Positions 47,520 to 61,234 of a stretch of DNA of 64,000 nt are shown in pieces. Made by a program: the position numbers and the translations under genes. The stretch is from Amphiscolops sp. MND2022. Its lineage: Eukaryota. The stretch is from contig OZ076409.1 of assembly GCA_964187785.1 (NCBI GenBank), positions 53,508,001 to 53,572,000 on the forward strand, in the 5' to 3' direction. A model generated the notes under the pieces. It had not been told where the DNA came from, ran no database searches, and saw nothing but the letters and a program-made list of their open reading frames with translations. Numbering within the stretch: position 1 is the stretch's first letter; each line of letters starts with the position of its first letter.

Positions 47520-50500
47520 TGAGTTTTAGTTTTCACAAATTACAGAAACGGGACGATTTTTTGATAAAGTCCAACTGGTTAATCATATCACTATGGCTTT
47601 TTTTTCTTACTAGTTCTTCAAATGACCCAAAGTTTATGTGCTCCTTTCTCAAGTTATTGTAAAAACTGCAGTAAAAGATAAAATGCGTAGACGTCTTCTC
47701 GTGGTTGCAGATACAGAGTGGTGACGATGTTCTTGATAATTGGTATTGAAAGTCTCGTAGATTGCATTAATTTGTGAGCTTTTCAATTATCAATTTGTTA
47801 GCATGTTTGCTGAAAGATCTTGATATCAAAGGTTTTGTCGATTCTATTTGGGGGAACTCTGGTAATATATTTCTCAATCGGCGATTCCATAATTCGATTC
47901 TATAGTGTGTTCACAGATTCGTTTTGAGTAATTTCCACCCGGTGCGATACTTGAAAAACTTGCAAAACCTCGGAGGCTGGATTGTAGTGACCTCGATACT
48001 TTGCTATCGGAGTCTGATAAGGCTCTTGGACACTGGTCAGAGTCAAAACCGTTTTTTGAGCAAATTTGGCTTGTGATAATTGAATCTCAAGATCAATTGG
48101 AAATTGACTACATATGTATTCCATTTTGGTGAGCTCGTGTTTGTATTTGGTATTTGAAGATTTCGATAATATCTTGTACCATGAGCTGCTTGTTATGAAT
48201 GCAGTGGGATTGGCCCAAATATGACTCAGGTATGTCCACACGGGGATCACCACGCAATTCATAAGTTTCAAAAAGGTGGAAGGCGTGATGAATTGATTCT
48301 GTACAAGAAGTTCCAAAACTCCCATGGCTTTTTCTGCTTTTCTTGAACAATTCTCGAGTTTTGCTCGAAAATTCAATTTGTTATCGATTGTGATACCGAG
48401 CGCTGTTGACTCTGTCGCGAACTTTATTGTGTTTCCTTGCAACACTATATTCTTTGTAGATTCTCGGATTATTTCACGAATACTTGAAAAGATGACAACT
48501 TCTGTTTTCGGCCCCAAGATTTTAAGACGTCACTTTCCAATCCACTTTGTAATTTCTTCGCAATCTTTTTCAAGATGCGAAAGAGCTTCTTCTATCGAGT
48601 CACCTGCTGAAACATGTGTGGCGTCATCAGCGTACTTTTCAGTTTTACCTTTGCATTCTTGGAACAATTCTGCAATGTAAAAGAGAAATAAGATTGGCGA
48701 GAGAATGCTTCCTTGAGGGAGGCCAAATTCTGGCTTGAAGCTTTCTGATCGGTTCTCGCCTAATTCGATGTAAACGTTTCTGTTTCGGAGATAATGGTCA
48801 ATGATGTTCAAAATGTAGCTGTTTATTCCTGCTTCACGGAGTTTGTACACGAGACCGTCAATCCAAATCGAGTCGAATGCTTTCTCGAGGTCGATAAAAA
48901 GGGCAGCCGCAACATTTCCTTGCTCAATAATATTTTGAATATTGTCTAAGAGTTTATAAATGCATCTACCAGTGCCTCTCCGCTTTCTGAATCCTTCTTG
49001 GCTGTCATCGATCAGCCCTTTCGCCTTCAAGTCATTTCTCAATCGTCTCTCTATTATGCGTTCAAACAGCTTTCCGACGTAGGAAGTGAGTGTAATTTGT
49101 CTGTAACTGTTTGCGATATTATAGTCTTCTTTGTGAGGTTTTCGGAGGAAAATGACTTTACCTAAATTCCAAATGTAGGTGCCTGCATGTAGGCAGAGGT
49201 TAAAAAGCTTGAGGCAGGCAATTTTGAAGAAAATTCCGGTGTGACGAAGCATGAGTGGATGTATGCTATCTGGATCGGAGGACTTCTTGCTTTTTTGAGA
49301 TTCCTTCAGAGCGTTGTCAAGCTCTTCTTCTCTTATCTGTATGTTCGGTGGTTGCAAATAATCCGGATGGAGATTTGCCGTGAGTTTGACTTCGACATTT
49401 CTCAGCCAAGATTCGTCAAACCTATTTCCGTGAAGGTGACTGTCGGAGAAAAACGTAGAGCGAAGATGTTCAAACTTATCAGCGTCACTATCTAGAACTT
49501 TGCCATTTGAAATAAGACATCCCATTGGTATTGTGTCTCTGGTACGAGTAAACAATTTTTTGGCTTTCCAGAAATCTGAGCCCTTGTTGGCGTTCAAGGT
49601 TTCTGCACAAGTTTTATAATGCTCAGCTTTGGACTTCATCAAGGTAGTCTGAAATTGTCGTTTGAGTGTTTCATTATTGAAGGTGTTTATGGGGTCCGAT
49701 CTGAGTTTCATTTTTTTCCTGGCTTTTCGGAGTTGAATGGAAAGCATTTTCAACTCTTCATTAAAGTTTGGCTTTGAGTGTGAAGTGATTTGCTTGAGAG
49801 GTATAATAGGATTGGCTGCTTCGCTGATACATTGCAGCATGATGCCCCATAAACATGTAGCATCATAGCTTTCGTCAATTTCAGGCCATCGTGATTGAAT
49901 GCAATTTTCTAGGGTTTCCCTCCATTGTTCCCAGTCGGTTTTCTTGAGGTCTTTTACATGAGTAGATTTGCTGTTTCCTGCGATGTCGAATCTGGCAATA
50001 ACTGGGTAATGGCCTCTGTTTGGGGCGCCAGTGTACATTTCAGTGTAATAGTCTATTGCGAGGCCGCAAAAAAATCTGTGTAGATTGGCGTTGCATAAAC
50101 CTAAGTCGATTACACTTTTTCCTTTTGTGCATGTGAATGTGGGCTTCCCATCATTAAGAGCTATGAGTTCAACTTGTTGTAGGAAATCGTTCAAAATTTC
50201 CCTTTGAGCATTGCCTTTGTTGCCCCAGCTTGGATGCCTTGCATTGAAGTCGCCAAGGAGAAGAAAATTGGACACGCCCAAATCTTTTCCTTTTTTTATT
50301 GCTGATCTAATTTCATAGAGAACTCTTTTCGTTTCTTCTGCACTATTTGGACGGCAGTAAACTCCCCCTACTAAAATGCTTTTCCTCGAGACGTTACAAA
50401 TTGCCCAAGTAGAATGCTGGATTTCGATTTCAAGTTTAAAAACGCTCGGCTTGATGTTGACATCGAGAGCTAAAAGAACTCCTTCTGATTGACCAGGGTT

Positions 50501-50713
50501 TGAAGAGGAATTGTTTGGTATGGTTAAATATCCAGGAAAGTCGGGCACTTTTGTATTTTGTTTCTTCGTCTCCGTGACGCAGGAGATCTGCACGCTGTTT
50601 GTTACCATATATTGGTGGACGATTTCATAGGAATGCTTTGAAAGTCCATTTATGTTGACCGTCATCGCTTTTAAGGATTTGTGATGTGTTGAGAGTGTTC
50701 GGTGGTCCGTCAT
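47520..50713 (-). pseudogene. LINE ORF2 (AP endonuclease and RT), disrupted
   Basis: Endonuclease motifs NINGL, VTET, GDFNARH, IDL and GHYPV; RT motifs DLEKAFD, GLPQGSILSP and YADD. In-frame TGA at 48530, a further frameshift near 48000, and a C-terminal PLCIC...HFIFYC motif. Confidence 0.92.
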
Positions 50714-51897
50714 TTTGATCGTTTTTTTTGAGTTTGGCCAACCAGCTTGGAATCGGGTATTGTTTTCGAGAGCACAATTCTTCTAGTTTCTCTTGCTTGA
50801 CTGGGCAGTACCTGGAAACTGCAGCGCGACTTCCGTTACAATTTTTACACTTTTCGTTCTCCATATTGATACAGTTCTTGTGATTATGGCCTTCTTGCGA
50901 ACAAATGCTACAGTATTCGTGCTTCGATTTGCAGCAAGCTGAAATATGCCCAAATTTGAGGCATTTGAAACATTGTACAACCTCGGGTGGGCGGTATTCA
51001 ATCTCTGGTTGAATCCAGAGACTACCAATGCACACCCCAGACTTGAGCACACCTTCCACTTGTTCTTCATTTTCGAGTGTTATTTTCAGCAGTTTCAATG
51101 GGGTATTGTCTTGTCTTTTCACGCGCGTTACGATATTTCCTGGGACTTGTTTTGAAATTTCCTCCTGTAAATCTTCTTCATCAACACCCATGTCTTGTAC
51201 GTGATCTGGTAATGGTACACCTTTGAGGATGAGGTTAAGTGGCCTCTTGACTTTCGTTTCTATGCACCCTGAGCCTCTAAAAAGGTTTTCTGGCCAATTT
51301 TGACTTGTTTCTTTGACAGTGTTTCCATTTTCTGTTTCTACTATTATACGTCCATCCGCCGTTTTCATGGTGTGCAGGAATTTACTTCGCGGAAAGTAGT
51401 GATTGAGGGCGGTTTTAATGCTGCTCGAGTCTCGTGCGTCATTGAAAGTCCTGATTTTATTTACAACAAAGGAGTTTTTGGCGTCCCATGTGTTTTGTTG
51501 ACGGGGCTGACTTGTGCTTGACAGATTGGGCGCTTGTTTGACACGTTCAGCGTAAGTGGCGTTCGTATTCACTGTATTCTCTAACTTCTGCATTTTTTCC
51601 TGCATGAAAACTAATCTGGGTGCTATTGATTTTGAAAGATCGTCCGTCGACACTGCTTTTGAGCTCTGATAAAGTGTTCTTCACATTCTTGTGCGAGATG
51701 CAGTCATCACATCGGTAGATTAAATTTGGACTTTTCAGGATGCTGATTGTGAGGCCAGGAAAGATACATTTGGCATGGGCCCAATCTTCACAGCCATCAC
51801 AGCATACGCCTTCAGAGACTTCATTTTCGCATATATTGCAAGGAACAGATATTGTTTGATTTTCGGATTGTTATTTCGTTCTTTTTTGTTAGGCCAT
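50625..51897 (-). pseudogene. LINE ORF1 with an N-terminal PHD finger and CCHC knuckles, frameshifted near 51650
   Basis: CNIC...CCDGCEDWAHAKC...CDDC (C4HC3) at ~51690-51840; knuckles CFKCLKFGHISACC, CSICSQEGHNHKNC and CKNCNGS. Confidence 0.85.
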
Positions 51898-52479
51898 ATT
51901 TGGATTGACCGGGCTTGCAAGTAAGACTACTCCAGACAAAAACGAAAAGGCACACGACTCGTGACACCTATGGTCTGGAGAAGACTAAGGGCTTCATTGT
52001 CTCTTGTCAGTTTTCGGGCAAACTTGCTCGTCCACTTTCTGCCTCTCTCTAAAATCCCTGACGGGCTACCCAAACAGAAGTCTTTGAATAAGAGGCAACC
52101 AACACCAACAACAAACAATAGCTGAAACAGATAGGCCGGGGGACAGTCTCCGACCTATTTAATAAGTTTATCACAACAATTAGGCTCTTACAAAAAAACT
52201 TTTACACAATAGACTTGTAGTTTAACTGGTGTCGACTATTAGTTTGAGTATTTTCTTACTGTATTGTACGGACCAGAATGAAATTAGACGAAAACCTGAA
52301 TTGAACTGATTAGAGAATAAAATCTTTTCAAACCACTTTACGACAAATGGTGTCCAGACCACCGAAATTCCTTTAAATTTGAAAATTGATTGCAAAAGAA
52401 ACAGAAGATATCTTACCGTTATTTCATTTCAACCGAAAAGGAGAAGAATATATTCAATTCGTTCGGTGGACTTATCAAA

Positions 52480-55400
52480 ATGCAAGCATTAGAGACAAAA
52501 AATCAACTTAATCTGCACGAACCCGAAGCTGCTCTAGCGAGGATAGATGCATTCAAAGCATGTCGGGCGGAAAAGAAAGCAGATGTACCGGCAGCTGACA
52601 CAACACCGATCGATTTACAAGTAACGGACCAATTTCTATTCCCGTATGGAAAGTCTTATGAAAGTCAAATCGCTTGTTGCACCGACAAACGTGGAAACAA
52701 TGGCTTTCAATGAAATTGAAACGGTACTGGAAAATTACCTGCAGCCGAAAAAAAGACTTGTTATTGCCGAACAAACGAAATTCGTGGCTATTACCCAGAG
52801 GAATGGAGAATCATCGGGAGATTTTCTGGTACGTCTGTAGGAAGCAGCAGGATATTGTGAGTTCGATAATTTGAAAACTATCGCTGATCCGGAAGCTTAC
52901 ATGATACGGTTACGCTTTATTGCTGGATTACAAAATTCCGATCACAAATTAAAAGTGTTGGAACATCTTCAACAAAACCCGGACGCTATACTAGACGAAC
53001 CTTTGTTGTTAATTCAGCAGCGTGAGCAAACCTAACAATTTGTGAACAAACAGAACGAAACGAATGAAACAGTTTTCTTTGCGATGAACGATCAATTACG
53101 AATAAAGACAATCGGAAATGGCAAAAGTTCAACCGGCATCCACAACAAAGCCAAGGATCGCCCGAAATGCGGAAAGAAGCATGAACCAAGGAGTTGTCCG
53201 GCCTTCAGCAAAACATGCAACACCTACAAGAAGCCGAACCATTTCGCAAAAATGTCTCGGATGAAGAAACAAACGAATTTTTTTTGTTGGTGAAAAAACC
53301 AATATCGAAGAAACCCGTGGCAGTACCTCCGAATATTCGTATTTTTTTGGGCATACCGACTATATCAAAAATGGTACAATGGAGAAAATCAAAGTGAGTG
53401 GTAAAAAAATACCAATGATGAAAGACACTGGAGCATCACTGACGCTGATTTCAAAGAAGCTGTGGAAGCAGATTGGACAACCGAAACTTGAAGAAAAGAA
53501 CACGAGAATTGAAACATATGACAAGCATAAAATGAAATATCTTGGTGCTTTCTTCTTAACAGTGTTTTATAATAACAAACAGCTTAATGTAAACATTGCT
53601 GTTGTTGATGCTGATAGAAACTTTGGTTTATTGGGACGTGATATATTAAATAAAAGCAAGGATTCCATTGACCGGTGCTTCAAAGCAGAAGCATCCGAAA
53701 AGCTACCAACAGTGAAAGGTGCTAAAGCTTCCATTAAATCGAAACCCGATGCTAAACCTATGTTTTGCGCGGCACGGAAGGTACCGTTGCCACTTGAACG
53801 GAAAGTCAACAAATCCATTGATGAATTACTGTTGTTGGGAATTCTTAAACCGGTTGAAGCCGGGGTGAGATAATTGCTCCTCGGTTGTGTGGGTGAAAAA
53901 AGGTGATAAACTACGAATGTGTGCTGACTATAAAGTACATGTAATTGATAAAATTAGTACCGAAGCCTATCCCCTCCCTCATATTGAAACTTTTTTCTCA
54001 AAAGTGTCAAGCGCTAAATTCTTTGCGAAATTGATATATCTAATGCTTGTTGGCAAATTCCACTTGATGAAAAATCGCAAAATGTGTGTACAGTAAATAC
54101 AACCCGAGGCCTATTTCGAGTCACCCGGTTACAACAAGGATTGAAAACTGCAGCGGCGGTTTTCCAGCAAGGTATCGAAGAAGTGCTCAAAGGACTGGAT
54201 GGTTGCGTCGCATATCAAAACGATATCTTGTTGTTCGGTGTAACCGAGGCTGAACTCCGGAAAAGATACAATGCGGTCAAAGAACGGCTGGCAGCAAAGA
54301 ACTTCACTGTGAATGAAGACAAGTGCGTATCATTCTCGACAACGTTATCCTTTTTGGGCTATGAAATTTCATCGGAAGGAGTAAAGCCGGAACAGAAGCA
54401 CCTTCAAAAACTTCTTCAACTGCAGCCACCGAAGGATGTCAAAGAATTTGAAGCTTTTATCGGACTTATCAACTACTTTGGGCGAATGATTCCAAACTAT
54501 GCGGCCAAGACGCGGTGTATCAATGAACTCCGGCAAAAAGATAAACCTTTCAAGTGTACCGATGAATGTCAAAGCGCATTCCAGTCACTGGTAGATGAGC
54601 TTACAAGTGAACCATTGGTACAACCGTACTCATTGGATAAAGAAGTGACTCTCACAACGGATGCATCAGAAAAAACCATTGGTGCTGTTTTAACACAGAA
54701 TGATTACCCGGTGATGTACATATCTCGAAACTTGACATCAGCAGAACAGAAATACAGCAACATTGAACGGGAAGCGCTTGCTGTAGTTTTCGCAGTGACA
54801 CGACTTCGACAATTTCTACTGGGAAGGAAGTTCACTTTGAGAACAGATCACAGGCCCCTACAATATATCTTCAATCCGAGCAACCGGATACCGAAAGTTG
54901 TATCAGCGAGACTATAACCCTGTTGTAACAGCAATAACCCTGATGGCCTATGACTATGATGTACAATACACACCCGGTCAAGATAATATTGGTCATGCCG
55001 ATGCAATGTCACGCTTACTGTTCAAAGACGATGAAGACGACTTAGTTGCGGTAGCAATGACTACATTTGAGAAACCCGTGATTGATGCCGAGAAGTTACG
55101 AAAAGAGATGCAATCGAATGTGTTGACAAAACGGATGATTAACCGAATCCGAACCGGTAATTGGAAAACTGTACCAAAATGGAGAAATCTTTTATGAATG
55201 TTTCAAATTTATTAACAATACAAAATGACTTGATATATAATGGATCGAGAGTGTTTATACCAATTACACGCTGGAAACAAGTGATTGAAAATTTTCACGA
55301 CGTCCATCAAGGAATCAATGCTTCAAAATACTTGGTGAAAAATACTGCGTGGTGGCCGTTTATGGATAACGATATCGAACAATTTGTCAAAAACTGTCCC

Positions 55401-56268
55401 GAATGCAGCAAAAACTGACCGAGAGTGACTGATTCTACTGACAAAAGGGAAGAATGCGCTCCATGGGAAAGACTGCATATGGACTGGCTTTATGAAGCAG
55501 AACACGGTGACATTCTGATCATTGCTGATGCTGGGTCCGGTTGGCTGGAAGCTTTCCCGTGCACGGACCGATCAACGCGGAACGTGGTCGGATGTCTCCG
55601 AACAATCTTTTCTCGGTTTGAAGTACCATATACGGTTGTGTCCGATAACGGAAAGGAGTTTGTATCCGAAGACCTGAAAGACTGGTTGGCAGCACAAGGA
55701 TGCAAAAAGATTGACACTACTTTGTATTCGCCGAGAAGCAATGGACTGGCCGAGAGAGCTGTTCAAACATTGAAAGAAGCCTGAAATTTTACAATAAAGA
55801 CATTGGTTGTTCCTTGACTACTTAAATTGATAAAGTTTTGTTCAGTCATCGAAATTCTTCAAATGCTAGAGGTGACACTCCCGCCAAATTACTACTTAAA
55901 AAAACTTGCGAAACCCTGTTGTTGGTTTTTATGAAGTTGGTGAGAAAGTGATGTACAAACATGAGCCGAAAGAACTGACCTACAATATACGGAAAGGACG
56001 AAACACGGCCTGGCTTCATGACAACAACCGAACAAGTTTGGCTAGTGACGGACAAATCGCACCGCTACCATCATCAAGATCAAGCATAGTGAAAGCGGAG
56101 CCTCAGCCGAACATTGGATATGATGCTATTTAAGATCCAGTCACCCCGAAGACTAATAACGCTGATAACTTGAGTCCGTTGTTGACCGAAGAACATACCG
56201 CAGTAACCAATGATAGACCGAAACGATTACGAACCCAAACCGAGAAGTATCAAGCAAGATTCGCATGA
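52480..56268 (+). pseudogene. Degenerate gag-pol of the Mag-like Gypsy element
   Basis: Fragments in order: Gag knuckle KCGKKH...CPA, protease DTGAS and LLGRD, RT CADYK and YQND, RNase H TDAS and YSNIEREALA, integrase H..HQG...CPEC, SDNG and SPRSNGLAER. Many stops and frameshifts. Confidence 0.9.
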
Positions 56269-57269
56269 GGCAACTAAATGAGGGGATGTGGTGACGTCAT
56301 CGTCACTTGTTGTTATTCGGTAAACATCTACCGTTCGTTACCGAAGAAGCTACTTCAATTTCATTGGTTTCGAGGTTCGGTTATATAACACCGAAGAATA
56401 GAAACTTTCAATATGCGTTAAAGATGACCAGTGAAAGAACTCAAGTAAACTCTTACATAATAGACTTGTATTTTAACTGGTGTCGACTATTATTTTGAAT
56501 ATTATCTTACTGTATTGTACGGACCATAATGAAATAAGACTAAAACCTGAAATGAACTGATTAGAGAATGAAACCTTTTCAAACCACTTTACGACATTGT
56601 TCAACTGGGTCCAACCTCGAGCATGCACAAAAATTCGATCAAATATTTGTGGCTATCATGAGCGATTTCAGAAACGTTTTATAGAGGAGGACTAGATAGT
56701 CTAACTAAGAGTTATAAGATGACATCTTCCGCAATGACAAACTGAGGAAATTACGTAGATTATGAAATACATGAGAAAAGAGAATTATATCAAAACGTAC
56801 CCGAATCGTAGATGTTGAGCGATACTATCAGCAGGAGATGGAATGTAACTAATCTCCAGCAAGTTAGCAATAAGAATTCTTAAATCTAAATGTAATCAAT
56901 AACCGATAATTGTGTTTTTATATAATTCAGTTTAAGAGCATTTAATATGCGTTCACGACAATTATATCATTACACAAGTAGGAGATGCAAGAGTTGTATT
57001 AGTTTGCTTTGCAATGTTCAACAACTGAAAAAAAGGCTTCAGATAACCAACATCAAAAAAATTCAGCCGGTCTTCTAATTGAAATTTTCGAGTTTTCTTG
57101 TAGATTACCCGACTTGTCTGATTGATGTTCAAAAGCCGCCACGCCGGTTAAAAATTATAAGTTCCATTTTTCTGGCACATTCACTTAAGTGTAATTCTTC
57201 ATTGCATATTGCAAGAAATTATCATCTTGATTCATATACGATACTTTACCTTGACCAAAACGTCTGTAC

Positions 57270-57632
57270 GGTAGGAGCTTTTTGTGAGAATATGCCTCAA
57301 TCTTACAGAAGCGATTTTTTTGAAGGTCACAGACCTCACAGTGCACAGTGAAAGGAGGCCGGATGGTATTCTCTTCATATTTACTGTATCCTCGAAAATA
57401 TATATTTTTTATTTTTTCGGCTTCGTGCGATTTTTCATTAAGAAATTCAGTATAATTTCCCCTATAATAAATATTTAGTAATTTTAGTTAGACAAAAGCA
57501 TTTCTAAGCATGAAAGGCTCCCTCTGGGTATTTTCGGCACCCTTATTTTGTAAGATTTTGCCTTAAAAATCTGAACATACTGCTTTCTGAGCCTTCAGAG
57601 GGGCGCCGACTTGAAACGTTCTCACCTTTTTT
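57270..57632 (+). mobile_element. Degenerate Helentron-associated element
   Basis: 3' end GGGCGCCGACTTGAAACGTTCTCACC and internal TTTTCGGCAC motifs like the copies at 13-14 kb and 31 kb. Confidence 0.5.
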
Positions 57633-58039
57633 GTATTTGCAAACATGTAGAATTTTTTCTGATGAATTTCATTGTGTTGAATTTTCCGCAGCCCCAACCT
57701 AATCATAATCTTCGTAGCATTTTTTGTAATTTTGATATCTCGTGTGAATATGCGCATACTATTCGTGTTCGAAACCCTCTATGACTTTAGACAGAACAAT
57801 TTCGTTTACACTTTCATGATCGCAAACGATTGGTGTCTTCTCGAACCTCGCATAGAGAGCTTGTTTCAATTTCTCTACGCTGACTTGATTTAAAGGCGGA
57901 CGACCACGTTCGCCTGGTGCAGGTTCCATCATGTGGCGGATCAGAGTTTCATCATCGAACATGAAACAAATTGTCTTGTAGAGCATTTTTCATCAACTTA
58001 TTTCATTTTCAAAGCAGTATTGACGTCTTATTAATTTTT

Positions 58040-58272
58040 GGACAAATCCTGGAGTTTCTGTCAGGATCTGTACAGATCTGTACAGATTCGCACAGGAACT
58101 TTTTTTTCCAAAACTTCAGTTAGGTGTCGTGTTTACCTTTTGTAGCACTTTTTAACAGCTAATTTCAATTTCAAAACTGTTTTCACGACTATCTAATTTT
58201 CGATGATTCCTGGAATATCTGTCAGGATCTTTACAGATCTGTACAGATTCGCAGGAAGGGCTCAACATGGGG
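58040..58272. repeat. MITE end with duplicated GATCTGTACAGAT repeats
   Basis: A ~45-bp block occurs at ~58047 and ~58208; the region ends CAACATGGGG. Confidence 0.4.
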
Positions 58273-60488
58273 CTTTACTGATTTACAATACGGAAAGTTC
58301 GTTGTTTATTTTCTTGCAAGATGATTATTGAGGTCCAGGTGCCAATATTATTCCAAAAATCGTAAGTTTCTGAGGATTTTGAGCTAGTATGTGCCAACTC
58401 AGATGAATAGCGGTAAATGAATAAATTGTTTGCTGTAAAAGCAGCTTCAACTAATGATGAAAAAATTTGGCGTTTCAATTACATATGATTTGCAAGATTT
58501 TTTCCCGTTTTGACCTTTTAGTCTAATGCTTTTCTACATATGTCTATGACAGTGCACTTAATGGGCATACCACTTTATGACAACCTCAGCATATGGCTAT
58601 CATATCAGCTTTTACTTTTATATTATCAGCTTTTATTCTTATATGTAATTCTCAAAGCATCGCTCTTTTTTATCCGATTGTCCACAAAAACATTGGAAAG
58701 TGATTAATGGAATGATTTAATTGAACCGCCGCTGGTTGAAACCATGGACTTTACGAAGTTTATTCAGTTTTTTCAACGACTGTCGAAAAATTAATAACAA
58801 CTGAAAACTATCGCTGGGTTGATAAGTTCAGATTTATCATTTTCTGCTGTTTGTAATTCAGTCAAAATCATGATGGCAATCACATGTTGGTCTGCCCGCG
58901 GGTATAAATTGTATAAATTAGATGTAACATAAGCGGTTCATATTTTCCATCCATAAGTCCATAACGGAAAAAATTATTGATTGAACTGCGTTTTTCCGAA
59001 TTTTGTTGAAATTTCAAACACAAATGGTAGTTAATTAAGGGCGCGAATAACGTTTAAGGAATAATATCTCAAACTGTTTCGAAAATAACTTCTAATGGAA
59101 TCACGTCCAATGCATCAAGATCGGAATGTACTTGACTAGCCTTTAGACGTTATTTCTGCTCGCGGAACATCCGGAAATTTGACGACGTTCCTTATTTTCG
59201 AATTTTTTTGATGATTATTTATTTTCGAACTTTTGATTTTTCGATTTTAATTTTTTTCATTTTCTACCAAGAATTGAAACGAGAATGCTCGTAACAGACA
59301 CTAATTTTTTTTCAGCTTTTGAGGCTTTGTTTCGAGTTTCAGCGTGGAGGAAACCTGAAATTTTCAACCAATCAAAATTCCTGAACTTATTGTTCGGCTT
59401 TTGCAGTAGTCCAGAAAAAAACCTTGAAGAACTTCATTGTCGACTAATTTGCCCAACACGGGATGTGAAAAATATTGCGTTTTTAAACAGTTTGCAATAA
59501 ATATCACCTTGCTGTGTCTGCACTTAAAAAATTTAGGTTTTCCTGAAAACCTGGAGAATTTTAAGGGAGTTTTGTCTTTAATTTCCTTGATGTTGCTCTG
59601 AAAACCCGCCAAATTGTATGAAAACCCTAATAAAGACTTGAAGAAATAGCATAGCAACAGGCCAATATTTAGCCAGAATGGATTATTATAGAACTCCCAA
59701 AATCATACTAAAAGTGCTTGGCAACAACCTTAATGAACTTGTAAAAATTACCAGTTGATTCAACTAAGGAGAAGTTTTTCCACATAAATCAGGAAGGACA
59801 AAAGTAAGTTTGTAGAGTACGTAATTCGTATACATATTGGATGCTTCTGTGGATCTAAATGTCCACTGAGATCAGGAAAAAAAACAATTAATATTCCAGC
59901 AAACTTTTGTAAAAGGAAATCTGTTTTTAAAGACAGTCTAAAAAATCAAAAAGAATCAGAGCTTTTCAGTTGTCTTGAAGTTTAGTTCAATTTAAGTTAA
60001 CCCAATGAATTTCGTTAGTCTCTGCCACATGTTACCGCCTGTGACGGGAATTTCCATCAAATTCCCTAAGAACAGGCGGAGACCAACCCTCCTCCAGCGT
60101 GGAGTTCTCCCTATTTGAACCGTAGAGACTAGTAGTACATACAGCTACAAATAAATTAGCTTTTAATTGTTGCCGTTTTATATTTAAACCGTGCGTACTA
60201 ATAGTCCGTGCGGCCACAGTAAAATTACTGCTCTTACTCGTGAAACTACATTTTGTCGGATAATATTCAATTCTGTGCCTGATTTATTCTTGAAATGATG
60301 CTGTTAGATAATGAACTGATTTATAGTTATTGTAAACGTAAAAGTTTGCTAAATTGATAACTTGCTGTGCAGAAGAGGATAGGCGTTCAAATGATGTTAT
60401 GCTATAGATAATTGTACGCGCCGTCCTTAATAGAATTGACCAATCAGAGATCAGCGCTAAGTTACTTTCTCTGGCCGGTCGGACGTTA

Positions 60489-61202
60489 TGTAACGGCAAC
60501 TGCCCATGTCAAAATTTTCGAAGCAAAAATTCGTTCAAATCTGACGTGGCACTCAAACATGCTCCCGACGAAAGACCTGTCAAAAAAGCAGATCAGAAAT
60601 CAGAAATTGCCCCCGCGAGAGACGACAAAAAGAGAAGACGTAGAAAACAGTCCCTAGAACACGGTGAAGTGCCCATCTTTGGCGTTTGCACTACATAGGT
60701 AACAGAAACCGGTGTTCCAGATGCTCGCCTGAAGATCCTGCGGCGTCCTGTGCGGTGACGAGCGCTAGCGCTGGGAAGCCATGGTCAATTCGCTCCTGCT
60801 AAATAACTCAAACTTCTGATATTGTTATGCTTATTGTGCTTTCCTTGTTGTAGTAGATTGATATGCTCGAGAGCTGCCCATTTACATCTATGGTTACCCC
60901 TTTTTGATGTCGACTTTATCAGATTCTCCAATACTATGGCTCAACATCCCCCTGTTTTCAGTCCTCTTTTTAAAGGCTAATTGAGCAGTGGTCTTGAGAC
61001 ATGCAAGATGCCCGTTACTTTTAGCAGTTACAGACTAGGACCAGGCCAGAGAGTTTCCAACAAGACGGTTCCCCCACCTTGGGACTGGCTCCTTCGGAGG
61101 GAAAATGAGCTAGGGCCGCGGAGATCTAAGTCCCGGATTACATTCGCTGTTCTAGTTCCTCCACTCTACGTTGCGGTTCAAGCGCCAGCGCTTATCGTTA
61201 CA
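60489..61202 (+). repeat. 5' LTR (714 bp) of an LTR retrotransposon that continues past the window
   Basis: TGTAACG...CGTTACA inverted termini, no flanking TSD, followed by a PBS-like sequence and GC-richer internal DNA. Confidence 0.75.
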
Positions 61203-61217
61203 TAGAACCTCATTTTT

Positions 61218-61234
61218 TGGCGACCACAGAGGGA
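61218..61234 (+). promoter_or_regulatory. Primer-binding site, tRNA-Arg-like
   Basis: TGGCGACCACAGAGGGA resembles the complement of the 3' end of animal tRNA-Arg(UCG) as recalled, not searched. Confidence 0.6.

Larger units (their letters stand above)
47413..52195 (-). mobile_element. Near full-length APE-type non-LTR retrotransposon (LINE)
   Basis: ORF1 and ORF2 present, (TA)n 3' tail at 47411-47432, and an imperfect 13-bp TSD AAACTCTCACATA / AAACTTTTACACA (the intact LTR reads AAACTCTTACATA). Confidence 0.92.
47241..56596 (+). mobile_element. Decayed Gypsy (Mag-like) LTR retrotransposon with its 5' LTR split by a LINE
   Basis: 3' LTR 56287-56596 (310 bp, TG...CA); 5' LTR in two pieces, 47241-47412 and 52196-52345. 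PBS TGGTGTCC at 52348, PPT GAGGGGA, TSD TCGTT/TTGTT. Confidence 0.92.
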
